Assembly (NCBI GenBank): GCA_964016885.1
Contig: OZ024748.1
Coordinates: forward strand, 16,864,001 to 16,928,000
Direction: 5' to 3'
Length of the DNA: 64,000 nt
Origin: Eledone cirrhosa
Taxonomy: Eukaryota
Position numbers and translations under genes: made by a program. Under the pieces are notes generated by a model. It did no database searches, had not been told where the DNA came from, and was given only the letters and a program-made list of their open reading frames with translations. This document shows positions 1 to 15,347 of this stretch, piece by piece. The first letter of the stretch is position 1. Each line of letters starts with the position of its first letter.

Positions 1-69
1 ATATATATATATATATGTATTTATATGTATGTATATTTGTGTATTCATATGTGCATATATATGTACATT

Positions 70-100
<31 letters not shown>

Positions 101-137
101 TTATATGTATGTATATTTGTGTATTCATATGTGCATA

Positions 138-204
<67 letters not shown>

Positions 205-865
205 TTATATGTATGTATATTTGTGTATTCATGTGCATATATATGTACATTTATATATATATATATATATATATGTATTTATATGTATGTATATTTGTGT
301 ATTCATATGTGCATATATATGTACATTTATATATATATATATATATATATATGTATTTATATGTATGTATATTTGTGTATTCATATGTGCATATATATGT
401 ACATTTATATATATATATATATATATATATGTATTTATATGTATGTATATTTGTGTATTCATATGTGCATATATATGTACATTTATATATATATATATAT
501 ATATATGTATTTATATGTATGTATATTTGTGTATTCATATGTGCATATATATGTACATTTATATATATATATATATATGTATTTATATGTATGTATATTT
601 GTGTATTCATATGTGCATATATATGTACATTTATATATATATATATATATATATATGTATTTATATGTATGTATATTTGTGTATTCATATGTGCATATAT
701 ATGTACATTTATATATATATATATATATATATATGTATTTATATGTATGTATATTTGTGTATTCATATGTGCATATATATGTACATTTATATATATATAT
801 ATATATATATATGTATTTATATGTATGTATATTTGTGTATTCATATGTGCATATATATGTACATT

Positions 866-896
<31 letters not shown>

Positions 897-933
897 TTAT
901 ATGTATGTATATTTGTGTATTCATATGTGCATA

Positions 934-996
<63 letters not shown>

Positions 997-1192
997 TTAT
1001 ATGTATGTATATTTGTGTATTCATGTGCATATATATGTACATTTATATATATATATATATATATGTATTTATATGTATGTATATTTGTGTATTCATATGT
1101 GCATATATATGTACATTTATATATATATATATATATATATATGTATTTATATGTATGTATATTTGTGTATTCATATGTGCATATATATGTAC

Positions 1193-1230
<38 letters not shown>

Positions 1231-1500
1231 TTATATGTATGTATATTTGTGTATTCATATGTGCATATATATGTACATTTATATATATATATATATATAT
1301 GTATTTATATGTATGTATATTTGTGTATTCATATGTGCATATATATGTACATTTATATATATATATATATATGTATTTATATGTATGTATATTTGTGTAT
1401 TCATATGTGCATATATATGTACATTTATATATATATATATATATATATATGTATTTATATGTATGTATATTTGTGTATTCATATGTGCATATATATGTAC

Positions 1501-1540
<40 letters not shown>

Positions 1541-1743
1541 TTATATGTATGTATATTTGTGTATTCATATGTGCATATATATGTACATTTATATATATAT
1601 ATATATATATATATGTATTTATATGTATGTATATTTGTGTATTCATATGTGCATATATATGTACATTTATATATATATATATATATATATGTATTTATAT
1701 GTATGTATATTTGTGTATTCATATGTGCATATATATGTACATT

Positions 1744-1774
<31 letters not shown>

Positions 1775-1839
1775 TTATATGTATGTATATTTGTGTATTC
1801 ATATGTGCATATATATGTACATTTATATATATATATATA
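1..1839. repeat. Compound minisatellite: ~54-bp core plus variable (TA)n, about 23 units of 72-104 bp
   Basis: Core GTATTTATATGTATGTATATTTGTGTATTCATATGTGCATATATATGTACATTT recurs every ~75-80 bp; 1.3 more units follow the LINE at 3047-3145. Confidence 0.97.
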
Positions 1840-3047
1840 TTCCAAACCTGGAAGCAGGGACTAGAGAGAAAGGGCCTCAAAGTCAACATGACAAAGACTA
1901 AGGTCCTTATAAGTAGACGAGAAAACAGAACCCAGATCCCCTCAGGGAAATGGCCTTGCTCAGTATGTAGGAAAGGTGTAGGTAGGAACTCCATTCTTTG
2001 CCCCAAATGCAAACAATGGGTACACAAGAGATGTAGCGGGATCTCAGGAAGCTTAATTAAGAATGTAGGATTCACATGCAGCAGCTGTGCTGAAACAGCA
2101 AGCAAACAGCCACAGGAAACAAGTACCACCAATCTCTGGGAGGGCCCTGTAGAAACAGTAGACAGCTTCTGCTACCTAGGTGACCGAATTAGCAACGGAG
2201 GTGGGTGCTCAGAAAGTACAATAACTAGGGTAAGAACGGGATGGAAGAAGTTTAGGGAACTACTACCACTGCTAGCTGCAAAAGGCTTCTCCCTCAGAAT
2301 GAAAGGCAGACTGTATGATGCGTGTATCCGAACAGCGATGTTGCATGGTAGTGAGACCTGGGCGCTGAAGGTGGAAGACTTACGTAGATTAGAGAGAAAC
2401 GAAGCCTGCATGCTCCGATGGATGTGTAACAGTAATATACGTGAACGACAAAGCATAAATGAATTGAGAGAGAGACTGAGCATAAGAGGAATCAAATGCT
2501 GCGTGCAGGAGAGGCGGTTACGCTGGTATGGACATGTGATGCGTATGAAGGATGACAGCTGCATAAAAAGGTGCAGAGCACTAGAAGTTGATGGAAACCG
2601 CGGAGTGGGGAGACCCAAGATGACTTGGGATGAGGTGATAAAAGCCGACCTTACCCAACTACACCTCTCAAAGTCAATGACACACGACCGTGACTTCTGG
2701 CGTCACGCAGTAATACAGGGTACCCGACCTCCCATGGGTACATGCTGAAGCATATAAACAATATGCCCCCCCCCCCCCCACCGCAAGGTGGTCGTGGAGG
2801 TGCCACGGCAAAAAAGCACCCAGCCCACACTGTAAAGTGGACGTGTAGGCGCCACGAAAAAGCACCCAGCACTCACTGTAAATGAGGTTGGTGTTAGGAA
2901 GGGCATCCAGCTGTAGAAATCAAGCCAGATCAGTTCCTGTATGAGCAAGGCATGGTCAGCCGACCAGACACTGCCCACAACAGGACAACCCGTCTAACCC
3001 ATGCTAGCGTGGAAGAACGGACGTAAAACGGTGATGATGATGATGAT
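1840..3047 (+). mobile_element. 5'-truncated RTE-clade LINE (RT C-terminal ORF 1840-2748, 3' UTR, (GAT)n tail)
   Basis: Uninterrupted frame with GLKVNMTKTK, FCYLG, LHGSETW, RRLRWYGHVMR, RGVGRPKMTW; 3' end CCATGCTAGCGTGGAAGAACGGACGTAAAACGG(TGA)n; embedded in a (TA)n tract. Confidence 0.95.
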
Positions 3048-3145
3048 ATATATATATATGTATTTATATGTATGTATATTTGTGTATTCATATGTGCATA
3101 TATATGTACATTTATATATATATATATATGTATTTATATGTATGT

Positions 3146-3410
3146 GAATTTGATTCTCAGACCAGGCCATGTGTTGTGTCCTTGAGCAAGACACTTTATT
3201 ACATGTTGCTCCAGTTCACTCACTGGTGCCAAGCTGTATCGGTCTTTGCCTTTCACTTAGACAACACCGATGGCATGGAGAGGGGAGACTGATATGCATG
3301 GGCGACTGTTGGTCTTCTACAAACAACCTTCCCAAATTCGTGTCTCGGATGGGAACTTTCTAGGTACAAATCCCATGGTCATTGGTGACCAAAGGGTGTC
3401 ATTACCTTTA
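3146..3410 (+). mobile_element. 5'-truncated SINE, family B (CORE/Meta-like central domain)
   Basis: TGTGTTGTGTCCTTGAGCAAGACACTTTAT..TTGCTCCAGTTCACTCA core shared with copies at 27245, 45493 and 58029. Confidence 0.75.
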
Positions 3411-3506
3411 AACGTTATATATGTGTATTTATATATACATATATATGTGTGTGTGTGTGTGTTTTTATATGTATATATATATATATGTGTGTGTGTGTAT
3501 TTAAAA

Positions 3507-3563
<57 letters not shown>

Positions 3564-3685
3564 TATACACAGACATACATATACACATACATATAATATA
3601 CATATATATATACATATAGATATATAGACAGATATACATATACACATACATATAATATACATATATATACATACATACACACACA

Positions 3686-3729
<44 letters not shown>

Positions 3730-3768
3730 TAACAAATGGAAACTATATTTATAAAACCATATTTATTT

Positions 3769-3834
3769 TATTTTATTATACATATTTCAAGGGCCACCAA
3801 GGCAAATTATGGTGCGCTTTCATCAGATAAAATA
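3769..3834 (-). ncRNA. Minimal type-I hammerhead ribozyme motif in a Penelope-like pLTR remnant
   Basis: Minus strand TATTTTAT-CTGATGA-(stem II AAGCGCACCA..TGGTGGCCCTT)-GAAA-TATGTA-TA-ATAAAATA; 8-bp stem I. Confidence 0.7.
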
Positions 3835-4092
3835 CAATACAGATTAGTTTTATAAATAAATATTGATATACCCTGAAAAAAGACCACCTTAACGGTTGGA
3901 GCTTCCTGGATAGTGGAGATACTACATTTATTGAGAGTGATAGAGAGTTATGATTGAGTATGCGAATGGATGTCCGAAAGGTTTAAAAGATAACAGTTTA
4001 TTTAAATTAAACTGTTGGAAGAAGTTGATATTGTGAGGGAGAGAGAAACAAAAAGAAAGAAAGAGAAAACGAATAAATTATATATATTTTTT

Positions 4093-4124
<32 letters not shown>

Positions 4125-4287
4125 TTTTAATATATATATATGTATTTAACTAAACAATACCTTTAGGTAATGAGTATCGAATATTGGATTCTGTATTTCA
4201 TGAGAGAAATGTTAAGCTGTATATTTTCTTGATTATCATCCATTTAACACATAGCAACAACAACAAGAACATCATCAATAAGAATGA

Positions 4288-5031
4288 TCTAAACTATAAT
4301 AAAGGAGGGACTGCGTACGGTTTTTTTTTTTTTTATCCTGTTAGTAAAATAAGTTGGATTACTTTGAATAAATAATTGTTTCTACTTTAGGCACAAGGCC
4401 AACAATCCACCAGTGTATTACTGGTACTTTATTTTATCGACCCGGTAAGGATGAAAGGCAAAGTCAACCTCGGCAGGATTTGAACTCAGATCGTAAAGGG
4501 CCGTAACTATGCTGGAAAGCATGGCGCCCGACCCTCTACCGATACTGCCAATCCACCGCACTTACTTTGAATAAATAATGAATGAATATTACATAATTTA
4601 TCTACTAAATTTCGTAAACAAAAATAATTTCGTAAAAATAAATAATTTAAAATTGACTTCTTTTCAAAGTTGCACTTCCGGTATTTCATTGCCACCACTA
4701 CCACTTCAACTACCATATATATATAAAAAGAGAGAGTGTGTGATGTCAACACTTCCGGTGGCGATCACTTAAATAAACATACTAATTTTCTGTCACTAAT
4801 TTTCTCCTGATGCAGTTTATATATAATATCGTCTTTTTTTAATGTATCATGGATTACGTTACTGATTACATAAGACAGTGTAAAAACGTCTTCGTTCAAT
4901 TTCTCTTTATATTGTCATTTACGATATTATTTGATGTATCATATATACATGTATATATACTTGCGTATAATATCAATATAAACACTACACATGCTAGCAG
5001 AAAACCACCCAAAGGGTGGTTTTTCTGTTAG
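4288..5031 (+). mobile_element. Non-autonomous Helitron containing a SINE insertion
   Basis: A|TCTAAACTATAATAAAG 5' end; 3' hairpin CAGAAAACCACCC-AAA-GGGTGGTTTTTCTG then TTAG|T; homologous to 27513-28013. Confidence 0.8.
4375..4560 (-). mobile_element. tRNA-derived Nin/Deu-type SINE (family A) with TSD
   Basis: Minus strand: A-box-like TGGCAGTATCGGTAGAG, B-box GAGTTCAAATCC, core GCCTTTCATCCTTAC..GTCGATAAAATAAAGTACC; TTACTTTGAATAAATAAT duplicated on both sides. Confidence 0.9.
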
Positions 5032-5365
5032 TAATGATAATGATGATTGTTTCTTTCATTTGCCACAATGATTAAAGACATTGGGGATTAGACAAGGATG
5101 ACAAATAGCCCACAATGGGGTTTACATCAAGTAAAACGAGCAGTGGTGGTGGGTGTGAGGTGGGGGTGTATAAAAAATGGAAAAACGGTAGATTTAAGAA
5201 TAGCAATAACTGTCACAAATAGCGATGATGATGATGATGATGATAATGGTTTCTGATTTAAGCACAATGCCAACAATTTTGTGGAGAGGGGGAAGACGAT
5301 TGAATTAATGATGATGATGATGACGATTCAGATGATGGTGATGATGATGATTATGATATATGATA

Positions 5366-6197
5366 ATTGTTTCTACTTTTGGCACAAGGCCAACAATTAT
5401 CCCAGTACATTACTGGTACTTTATTTTATCAACCCCGTAAGGATGAAAGGCAAAGTTAACTTCAGCAGTATTTCAACTCAGAATGTAAAGGGCCATTAAT
5501 ACATGCCACAAACTGTATTGCCTGATGCTCAACCAATACTGCCAATAATAATAATAATAATTGTTTCTACTTTTGGCACAAGGCCAGCAATTACCCAGTA
5601 CATTACTGGTACTTTATTTTATCGACCCCGTAAGGATGAAAGGCAAAGTTAACCTTGGCAGGATTTGAACTCAGAATGGCAAGGGCCGTAACTCTATGCA
5701 TCAAAGCATGGCGTCTGACTCTCTACCGATACTGCCAATCCACCAATGGTTTCTGATTTAGGTACAAGGCCAACAATTTTTGGGGAGAGGGGAAAAATGA
5801 TGAAATTAACCCCAGTGTGTTACTGGTACTCTATTTTATCAACCTTGCAAAGATGAAAGGCAAAGCTAACCATGGCGGGATTTGAACTCAGAGCATAAAG
5901 GGGCGTAACTCTATGCTTCAAAGCATGGCGTCTGACTCTCTACCGATACTGCCAATCCACCACCCCAGAATGATAATAATAATGATTTCTAGTATAGGCA
6001 CAAGGCCAGTAATTTGAGGGGAGGGGAAAGTCGATTAAATTAACCCCAGTGTATTACTGGTGCTTTATTTTATCAACCTTGTGAGGACGAAAGGCAAAGC
6101 TCAAAGCTAACCTCTGCGGGATTTGAGCTCAGAATATCAAGGGACATAACTATATCCTGCAAAGCATGTTGTCTGAAGCTCTACCAGTACAGCCAAT
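5366..6197 (-). mobile_element. Cluster of four head-to-tail family-A SINEs (short and long subtypes)
   Basis: Four copies of GGCACAAGGCC..GATGAAAGGCAAAG..GATTTGAACTCAG..CTCTACCGATACTGCCAAT separated by (AAT)n. Confidence 0.9.
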
Positions 6198-6883
6198 GAT
6201 ATCGAAGAATAAATCAAGAATGATTAGCATTTGCTCAAAGATAGTTTTTGGTCCTGTTTTATTATGAACCGAATGATTTTAGAAATAAAAGCTAATTTCT
6301 TCTTCTTCTTCATTTTCTTGTCCTTCTCTTTCTCCTTCTTATATCATTTCATGACTGACTTATCAGTAAGTATAAATAATTTTCCTTCTTTTTCTTCTTC
6401 TTCTATTCCTCCTCCTTCTCCTATTTGAAAACAAAATAATTTCCTAAAATTACAAACACCACAATCTTTTATCTCTTAAAATGAATTCTGGTGAGATAAA
6501 ATATATTATAGATATTTTTAGATAAAGTAATTTTCTATTCAGAGTGAGCATGTCACAGTTGTTTTATATGTAATTAAAGCAGAGATACTTTGTAAATGAA
6601 TACAATGAATTTTATAAAACTCATCAAATATGTGATTGGTTTAAAAGATTGAGCAGCGATATACATCGTGACAAACATTTTTACAAGTTCTCATTGTAAT
6701 CATCTCTATAAATACTAAGATAACCATTATTCATAGATTAGAACTTTCTGTACACATTAACCAAATATATACAGCAGTCAGGACGAGATTTCAACCTTGG
6801 AGTGGAGGTGTCGGTCTGTTAAGGTTTGGTGGGCCCCTCATGTAATAACATATAGAAAAATATATATATATATGTATATATAT

Positions 6884-7082
6884 ATAACGAAGGAAATGTG
6901 GTAAGGAACCAGATGGACCATAATGCACCAAAGTACTCAATACTTAAGGTAGTAGAGTGGGTAATAGGAACAAGTATGACCCCAACGGCAGAGCTCAAGC
7001 CGTTTCGACGGCTAATACTGGAGTCCAGAATTAGCCGTTGAAATGGCTTGAGCTCTGCCATTGGGGTCATACTTGTTCCTAT
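6884..7082. repeat. Partial fold-back element (same family as 9058-9324, 17170-17312, 30745-30790)
   Basis: ATAGGAACAAGTATGACCCCAACGGCAGAGCTCAAGCCGTTTCGACGGCTAAT followed by its inverted copy; flanked by (TA)n. Confidence 0.85.
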
Positions 7083-7403
7083 GTATATATATATATATAT
7101 ATATATATACTATAATACTATAAAATATGTCCATAGAATCATTTGATAATATATATATACACCATTTCCTCTCCCAATTAGCATAATTAACCACACAAAA
7201 AATCAATTAGACCAGGCTATAAGATTAAAAGGCACCTATGAAGAAATAGTAGATAAATAAATGACAGCAATCTCTTCGCGACCAACCGCCATAGATTATT
7301 TACCCAACATTTCAACAGCACGTGGAAATCGATTAAATATATCGTCAACCATACACAATTAGGTATAAAATTAAAGTTAGGAGAAAAAAACATATATATA
7401 TAT

Positions 7404-8783
<1,380 letters not shown>

Positions 8784-8791
8784 GTTACATT

Positions 8792-8846
<55 letters not shown>

Positions 8847-9012
8847 TTGTATGTATATATATATATATATATATATATAGTAATAATAATAAAATTGAAG
8901 ACTAAAATCCAGAGAGGGCTTGAAAGCAGCGATTCTTTGCTTAAACTTTAATCTGTTATTTTAATAAATATATATATATATATATATATTTGTATATATA
9001 TATATATATATT

Positions 9013-9429
<417 letters not shown>

Positions 9430-10126
9430 CCAGCAATGGAAACAGCTTCCTTGGTCTGAAATTATGATCGGTTACTTTCTTTTATCGTTTTTATTTATGT
9501 ATATATATATATATATATATTTATAAAATAGACAAATACTATCCCCACCTTCTGATGCAGATATCTCAACACTCAACACTTTAATATCAACAAATGATTG
9601 AAAATTTTGTTATTCTGATATGGGAGATATGACATTTCATTATTTAACTCTTCGTGGCACTGACCTAAACTCTAAACATCATTTTTGAAATCTCTCTTCT
9701 TTACAAACAGATTCTTATAATAATATTTATTTCTAATTTCCATGAATTCTCCAGAAATTTGAAAATTGCTAAAGGAAGAAATTATACAAAGATGACCAGT
9801 GAAAGATAGAACAGATAGCAAACAGAACGTAAAGTATTTCATTCAGTTTAATACTTAATATATTTTGGACTGTAAATAATTTATGATTGATGTGCATTGT
9901 ATTATAATCTTGGGAAATATGAGCACACCATCTATTTTCAGTGATGAAAGAGAAACACCCCAAAATAAAATGCTTGAATAATTTTCTTCTAGATATAGCC
10001 ACAGTGAGAGCTGTGGGGTTAAGATGGTAACTTTGAAACTACATGGTTTCAAGCTCATTTCTGCTGTGCATTATTTCGAGCGATGCATTGTAAGTGAAAT
10101 TTGCTGAACAGAAATAACAGCAGCTT

Positions 10127-10186
<60 letters not shown>

Positions 10187-10212
10187 TATACACACAAACA
10201 TATACATACATA

Positions 10213-10696
10213 TATCTATCTATCTATCTAAGGCGGGTAAAATTCCCGAGATCCATGGACGAGTTCTCTCCAGCGGTCTCTGTCCCTCATTATCGCTGCC
10301 ATCTCCTGCGTCTCCAACAGACCAGTGTCTGTCCTTAGGGCATCAACATACGTTAACCTTGGTCTTCCTCTTCTAGTGTGTCCATGTAGAGGCTGCCACA
10401 GGAGCACTGAGTGCAATGTCCACTCTGGATGTCGGACCTTCGTAAAGACCTGAAAATCCGCCTCTTCATTGCTGTAGTGGAGTCTGTGCTGCTGTACGGG
10501 TCTGAGACTTGGACACTGGCCAAGAAACTCACTCAGATGGTGGATGGGTGCTACACAAGAATGCTGAGGATGGCTCTGAACATTAATCAGTATACACTGA
10601 GGATGAAAAACTCAGAGCTGTATGGGAGCATCCCAAAAGTCAGCTCAAAAGTGACACAGAGGAGACTGAGGTTAGCTGGACATGCTCACCGACATA
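10213..10696 (-). mobile_element. RTE-type LINE 3' fragment with an inverted 5' segment (10411-10696 reads on +)
   Basis: Minus strand ..[27 protein letters not shown] plus (ATAG)n tail; plus strand [28 protein letters not shown] is the immediately upstream part of the same protein. Confidence 0.85.
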
Positions 10697-10723
10697 CATA
10701 TATATATATATATTTATATATAC

Positions 10724-10772
<49 letters not shown>

Positions 10773-10815
10773 AACATATACATACATAAATATATATATA
10801 CACACACACAAACAT

Positions 10816-10893
<78 letters not shown>

Positions 10894-11434
10894 GCAAAGA
10901 ACAAAACAAAAACAAGGAGTGCAGTATGAACAGTATTGGTATTAAGTTCACGCTTGAGAGTGGGGGGTGGGGGTGATATATATATATGTATATGTGTATA
11001 TATATATATACACACAGACACATATATATATATATGTGTGTGTCTGTGTGTGTATATATACACACATATATGTATGTATATGAAACATTTGGGACCCTGA
11101 AGGCTGAGCTCCTGCTGTTTCAACAGCTATATGTATACATACATATATACATACATATATTTGCTTATGTACATATACATATATATACACATATATATAG
11201 ATATATACACATACAAATATTAATAGACCCATTGCCTAGTTTAACCCTTTTGATACCATACCTCATGAAACTGTCCCCGTTCTATGATACCATGACTCAT
11301 GATATCATGACTCGTACACTATTCACTTCCCTGACATTTGTGTATTATTCTATGTACTATACATGCACCTTTGACGAGTTGCAGTGCACCTGAGCTCTTT
11401 ACACAATAATTTCAAAAATATATATATTTATCTA

Positions 11435-11766
11435 AAGCATGGATGAGTTGAGAGAGAAACTGTGTATAAGAGGGATAAGTTGTAGTGTGTGCGGGAGAGA
11501 AGGCTGCGATGGTATGGACATGTGATGCACATGGAGGATGACCGCTGGCTAAAGAAGTGCCAAGAAATCCCAGTAGAAGGAAGACGCAGTAGAGGAAGAC
11601 CATGAAAAACATGGGCGGAGGTGGTGAGAGCAGACTTCAGATCGCTGAAGCTCACGGAGATGACGAAGGACTGTAACAAGTGGAGAGATGCTGTGCTGAA
11701 TAGGAACTGTCCCATCCTCGCAAGCAGGGAAAAGCAGATGTAAAATGATGATGATGATGTTGATGA
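11435..11766 (+). mobile_element. RTE LINE 3' fragment (second subfamily), degenerate
   Basis: ELREKLCIRGI..ERRLRWYGHVMHM..RSRGRP*KTWAEVV..WRDAV; ends AAGCAGGGAAAAGCAGATGTAAAA(TGA)n. Confidence 0.9.
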
Positions 11767-12059
11767 AAACCCTGCCACATAATTTTATGTAAGAACCTTT
11801 AGAACCTTTGTTATGTTAATAATAAGAAACTTATATTACTAAATCTCTCTACATTATTGATTATTTCTAAATATATGTAATACTCAGTTGAATAAATATT
11901 AATACTTCAGACACCAACTCAACCACAACTGACTCTCGTTCTATGAACCAGAACCACCTGTTTTAAAGGGTTCCTATTTAAATTAATATCTTCTAATATA
12001 AATTTATATTATAAGAGCGCTGTCTATCTGTTAGTTTGTCCTGTTCAATCTATCTATTG

Positions 12060-12670
12060 AGTGAGGGAGCACCAAGCGAGATATATACACATAGATAGAG
12101 AGAAGGGAACGCTGTTTGTTTTCTAGGTGATAGAAAGAGGTAGATAGAGAGAAAGTTATGATGTTGCCCTCATATATGTAGAGTTAGGGGAAGGTGGAGC
12201 ACCAAGTAAGAGATATATACATAGATAGAGAGAGAGAAAGGGGAATGCTATGTGTTTTCAAGGTGAAAGAAAGAGTTAGACAGACAGAAAGTTACGACGT
12301 CGTCCCCATCTCTAGAGAGGGGTGGAGGCACTAAGCTAGCGATATATACATAGATAAGAGAGAAAAAAAAGGAATGCAGTGAGTTTTCGAGATCAGAGAA
12401 AAAGGTAGATAGATAGATAGAAAAGTACGACATCGCCCCCCCCCCCCTACATCTATATAGATAGGCGGGGGGGGGGCTAAGCGAGAGATATGTTCATAGA
12501 TAGAGAAGAAAAGCAGTGTGTTTTCCAGGTGAGAGAAAGAGTTAGCTAGACAGAAAGTCAAGACACCACCCTCACCTATATAAAGAAAGACAGAGTGCCA
12601 GGGAAGTACCAAGCAAAAGAGATGTACACAGTTAGAGAGAGAAAAGGAACGCCATTTATTTAGAGAAAGA
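12060..12670. repeat. Degenerate purine-rich tandem repeat, ~130-145-bp unit, about 5 copies
   Basis: GCACCAAGCGAGATATATACACATAGATAGAGAG..TGTTTT..AGAAAGAGTTAG recurs near 12069, 12199, 12328, 12476 and 12607. Confidence 0.7.
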
Positions 12671-12904
12671 GTGTATGTATGACACAGAGAGGAAGAAGAA
12701 CACATCAACTTCATCTAGTTTATATAAAAGATGTATATTAAGTTACTTACTTAGTAATGAAATAATTATCAAGGTTTGTAATTATTCTTCAAAATTCTTC
12801 ATTAATTAATCATCAAAATGTTGTGCGTATTTGATTAAGAGTTAAGGATCATATGTAACTTATTACAGCAACTATTTCAATAAACTTAGTATGACATGAC
12901 AGCA

Positions 12905-13830
12905 ACCATCATCACCATCAACTCTCCTTATCATCTGTTATGACAATTGTTATAATCACCACTGATGTCATCATCTCGACCATCATCATCATCACCATCA
13001 TCATCCCCTACACCATTAACAGTATGACCGTCATCACCCACATCATAGTCTTCTCCCAACCATGCCGCCCTCGCACCAATTATTAACAGTATGACCACCA
13101 TCAGCACCACCACCACCACCAACACCAACACCAGCACCATCACCATTACTATCACCACCACCATCACTACCACCATCATCACCACCAAGACCACCACCAC
13201 CAACAAGACTAGCACCACCACCACCACCACTACCATCACTATCACCATCACCATCACCATCACCACCACCACCAACACCATCATCACCACCAACACCACC
13301 ACTACCATCACTATCACCACCACCATCACTACCACCACCAACACCACCATCATAACTACCACCACTGCCATCACCACCACCACCACCAACGCCACCACCA
13401 TTAACACCACCACCATCACCACCATTAACAGTATGACCACCACCACCACCAACACCAACGCCACCACCATTAACACCACCATTAACAGTATGACCACCAC
13501 CACCACCACCACCACCATTAAACACCACCACCATCACCACCACCACCATTAACACCACCACCATCACCACCACTAACAGTATGACCACCACCACCACCAC
13601 CACTACTAACACCACCACCATCACCACCACTAACACCACCACCACCACTAACAGTATGACCACCACCACCACCACCACCACTAACACCACCACCATCACC
13701 ACCATTAACACCACCACCATCACCACCACTAACACTAACACCACCACCACCACTGCTACCATTAACAATATGACCGTCATCATCTGCATCATAGTCTTCT
13801 CCCAACCACGCTGCCCTTACACCAATTATT
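12905..13830. repeat. (CAC/CAT)n trinucleotide tract bracketed by a ~65-bp direct repeat
   Basis: TATGACCGTCATCA..CATCATAGTCTTCTCCCAACCA..CACCAATTATT at 13021-13084 and 13767-13830. Confidence 0.85.
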
Positions 13831-14039
13831 CACAGGTCTATTTCTACTCAAGCAAGTAATTAGTCCTCTAATTATGTCAAACCACATTTAATTACTTCAC
13901 CAGTTGATTATCTCCAAAACTCCATTAGTTTCCCCTTCCTTCACTAATTGCTTTACCTACAATTTCCTTAAACTCACCTGCAACTCAGTGGAAACTTTTA
14001 CTCAACATGGAATTAAAATCCTGCAATAATTCATTAGAA

Positions 14040-14074
14040 AGAAAAGGCAGGAAGGGTGAGGGAGAGTGACAGGT

Positions 14075-14105
<31 letters not shown>

Positions 14106-14275
14106 AGAGAAAGAGTGGAGGCAGATAGAGGGAGTGGAGGGAGGGAGAGGAAGAGAGGGGTTAGATAGAAAGAAAGAGAGGGCGGGAGAGAGAGAGAGAG
14201 AGAGAGAGACATATAGAAAGAGATTGGCTGGGAGAGAGAAGGAGAGAGGAAGGTGAGAGAGAGAGCGAGAGGGAG

Positions 14276-14324
<49 letters not shown>

Positions 14325-14545
14325 GGGGGACTGAGATAAGTGATGAGAGAGAATGGGTGAGGAGAGAGAGAGGGGGGGAGAGGAAGTTAAAGGGAGATAG
14401 AAAGAGAAGGGGAGATAGAGAGAGGGGAAGAGAAAGAGAAGGGGCATATAGAGAGAGTGAGGGTGAGAGAAAGAGTGGAGGCAGATAGAGAGAGTGGAGG
14501 GAGGGAGAGGAAGAGAGGGGTTAGATAGAAAGAAACAGAGGGCGG

Positions 14546-14577
<32 letters not shown>

Positions 14578-14636
14578 GAAAGAGATTGGCTGAGAGAGAG
14601 GAGAGAGGAAGGTGAGAGAGAGAGCGAGAGGGAGGG

Positions 14637-14671
<35 letters not shown>

Positions 14672-14981
14672 GGGGGACTGAGATAAGTGATGAGAGAGAA
14701 TGGGTGAGGAGAGAGAGGGGGGGGGTGAGAGGAAGTTAAAGGGAGATAGAAAGAGAAGGGGAGATAGAGAGAGGGGAATAGAAAGAGAAGGGGGCATATA
14801 GAGAGAGTGAGGGTGAGAGAAAGAGAGGAGGCAGATAGAGAGAGTGGAGGGAGGGAGAGGAAGAGAGGGGTTAGATAGAAAGAAAGAGGGGGCGGGGGAG
14901 AGAGAGAGAGAGAGACATATAGAAAGAGATTGGCTGAGAGAGAGAAGGAGAGAGGAAGGTGAGAGAGAGAGCGAGAGGGAG

Positions 14982-15036
<55 letters not shown>

Positions 15037-15325
15037 GGGGACTGAGATAAGTGATGAGAGAGAATGGGTGAGGAGAGAGGGGGGGGGAGTTAAAGGCAGA
15101 TAGAAAGAGAAGGGGAGATAGAGAGAGGGGAATAGAAAGAGAAGGGGGCATATAGAGAGAGTGAGGGTGAGAGAAAGAGAGGAGGCAGATAGAGAGAGTG
15201 GAGGGAGGGAGAGGAAGAGAGGGGTTAGATAGAAAGAAAGAGGGGGAGAGAGAGACATATAGAAAGAGTTAGGCTGAGAGAGAGTGAGACAGAAATAGAG
15301 GGTGAGAGAGAGGAGGAGGAGAGAG
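14040..15325. repeat. Polypurine (GA-rich) tandem repeat, ~350-360-bp unit, about 3.5 copies
   Basis: GGGTGAGAGAAAGAG(T/A)GGAGGCAGATAGAG recurs at ~14101, 14461, 14811 and 15164. Confidence 0.9.
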
Positions 15326-15347
15326 ATTGACATATTCCTATCAACCT

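Noticed and set aside
15-1901. 600-900-aa ORFs rich in Y/I/C/M
   Set aside because: Translations of a TA-based minisatellite open in all frames; only 1840-2748 is real (LINE) coding sequence
12931-13859. Gly-, Thr-, Val- or His-rich ORFs resembling structural proteins (also 52245-54253 and 62236-62886)
   Set aside because: Trinucleotide tracts are open in several frames on both strands; no signal peptide, splice context or unique domain
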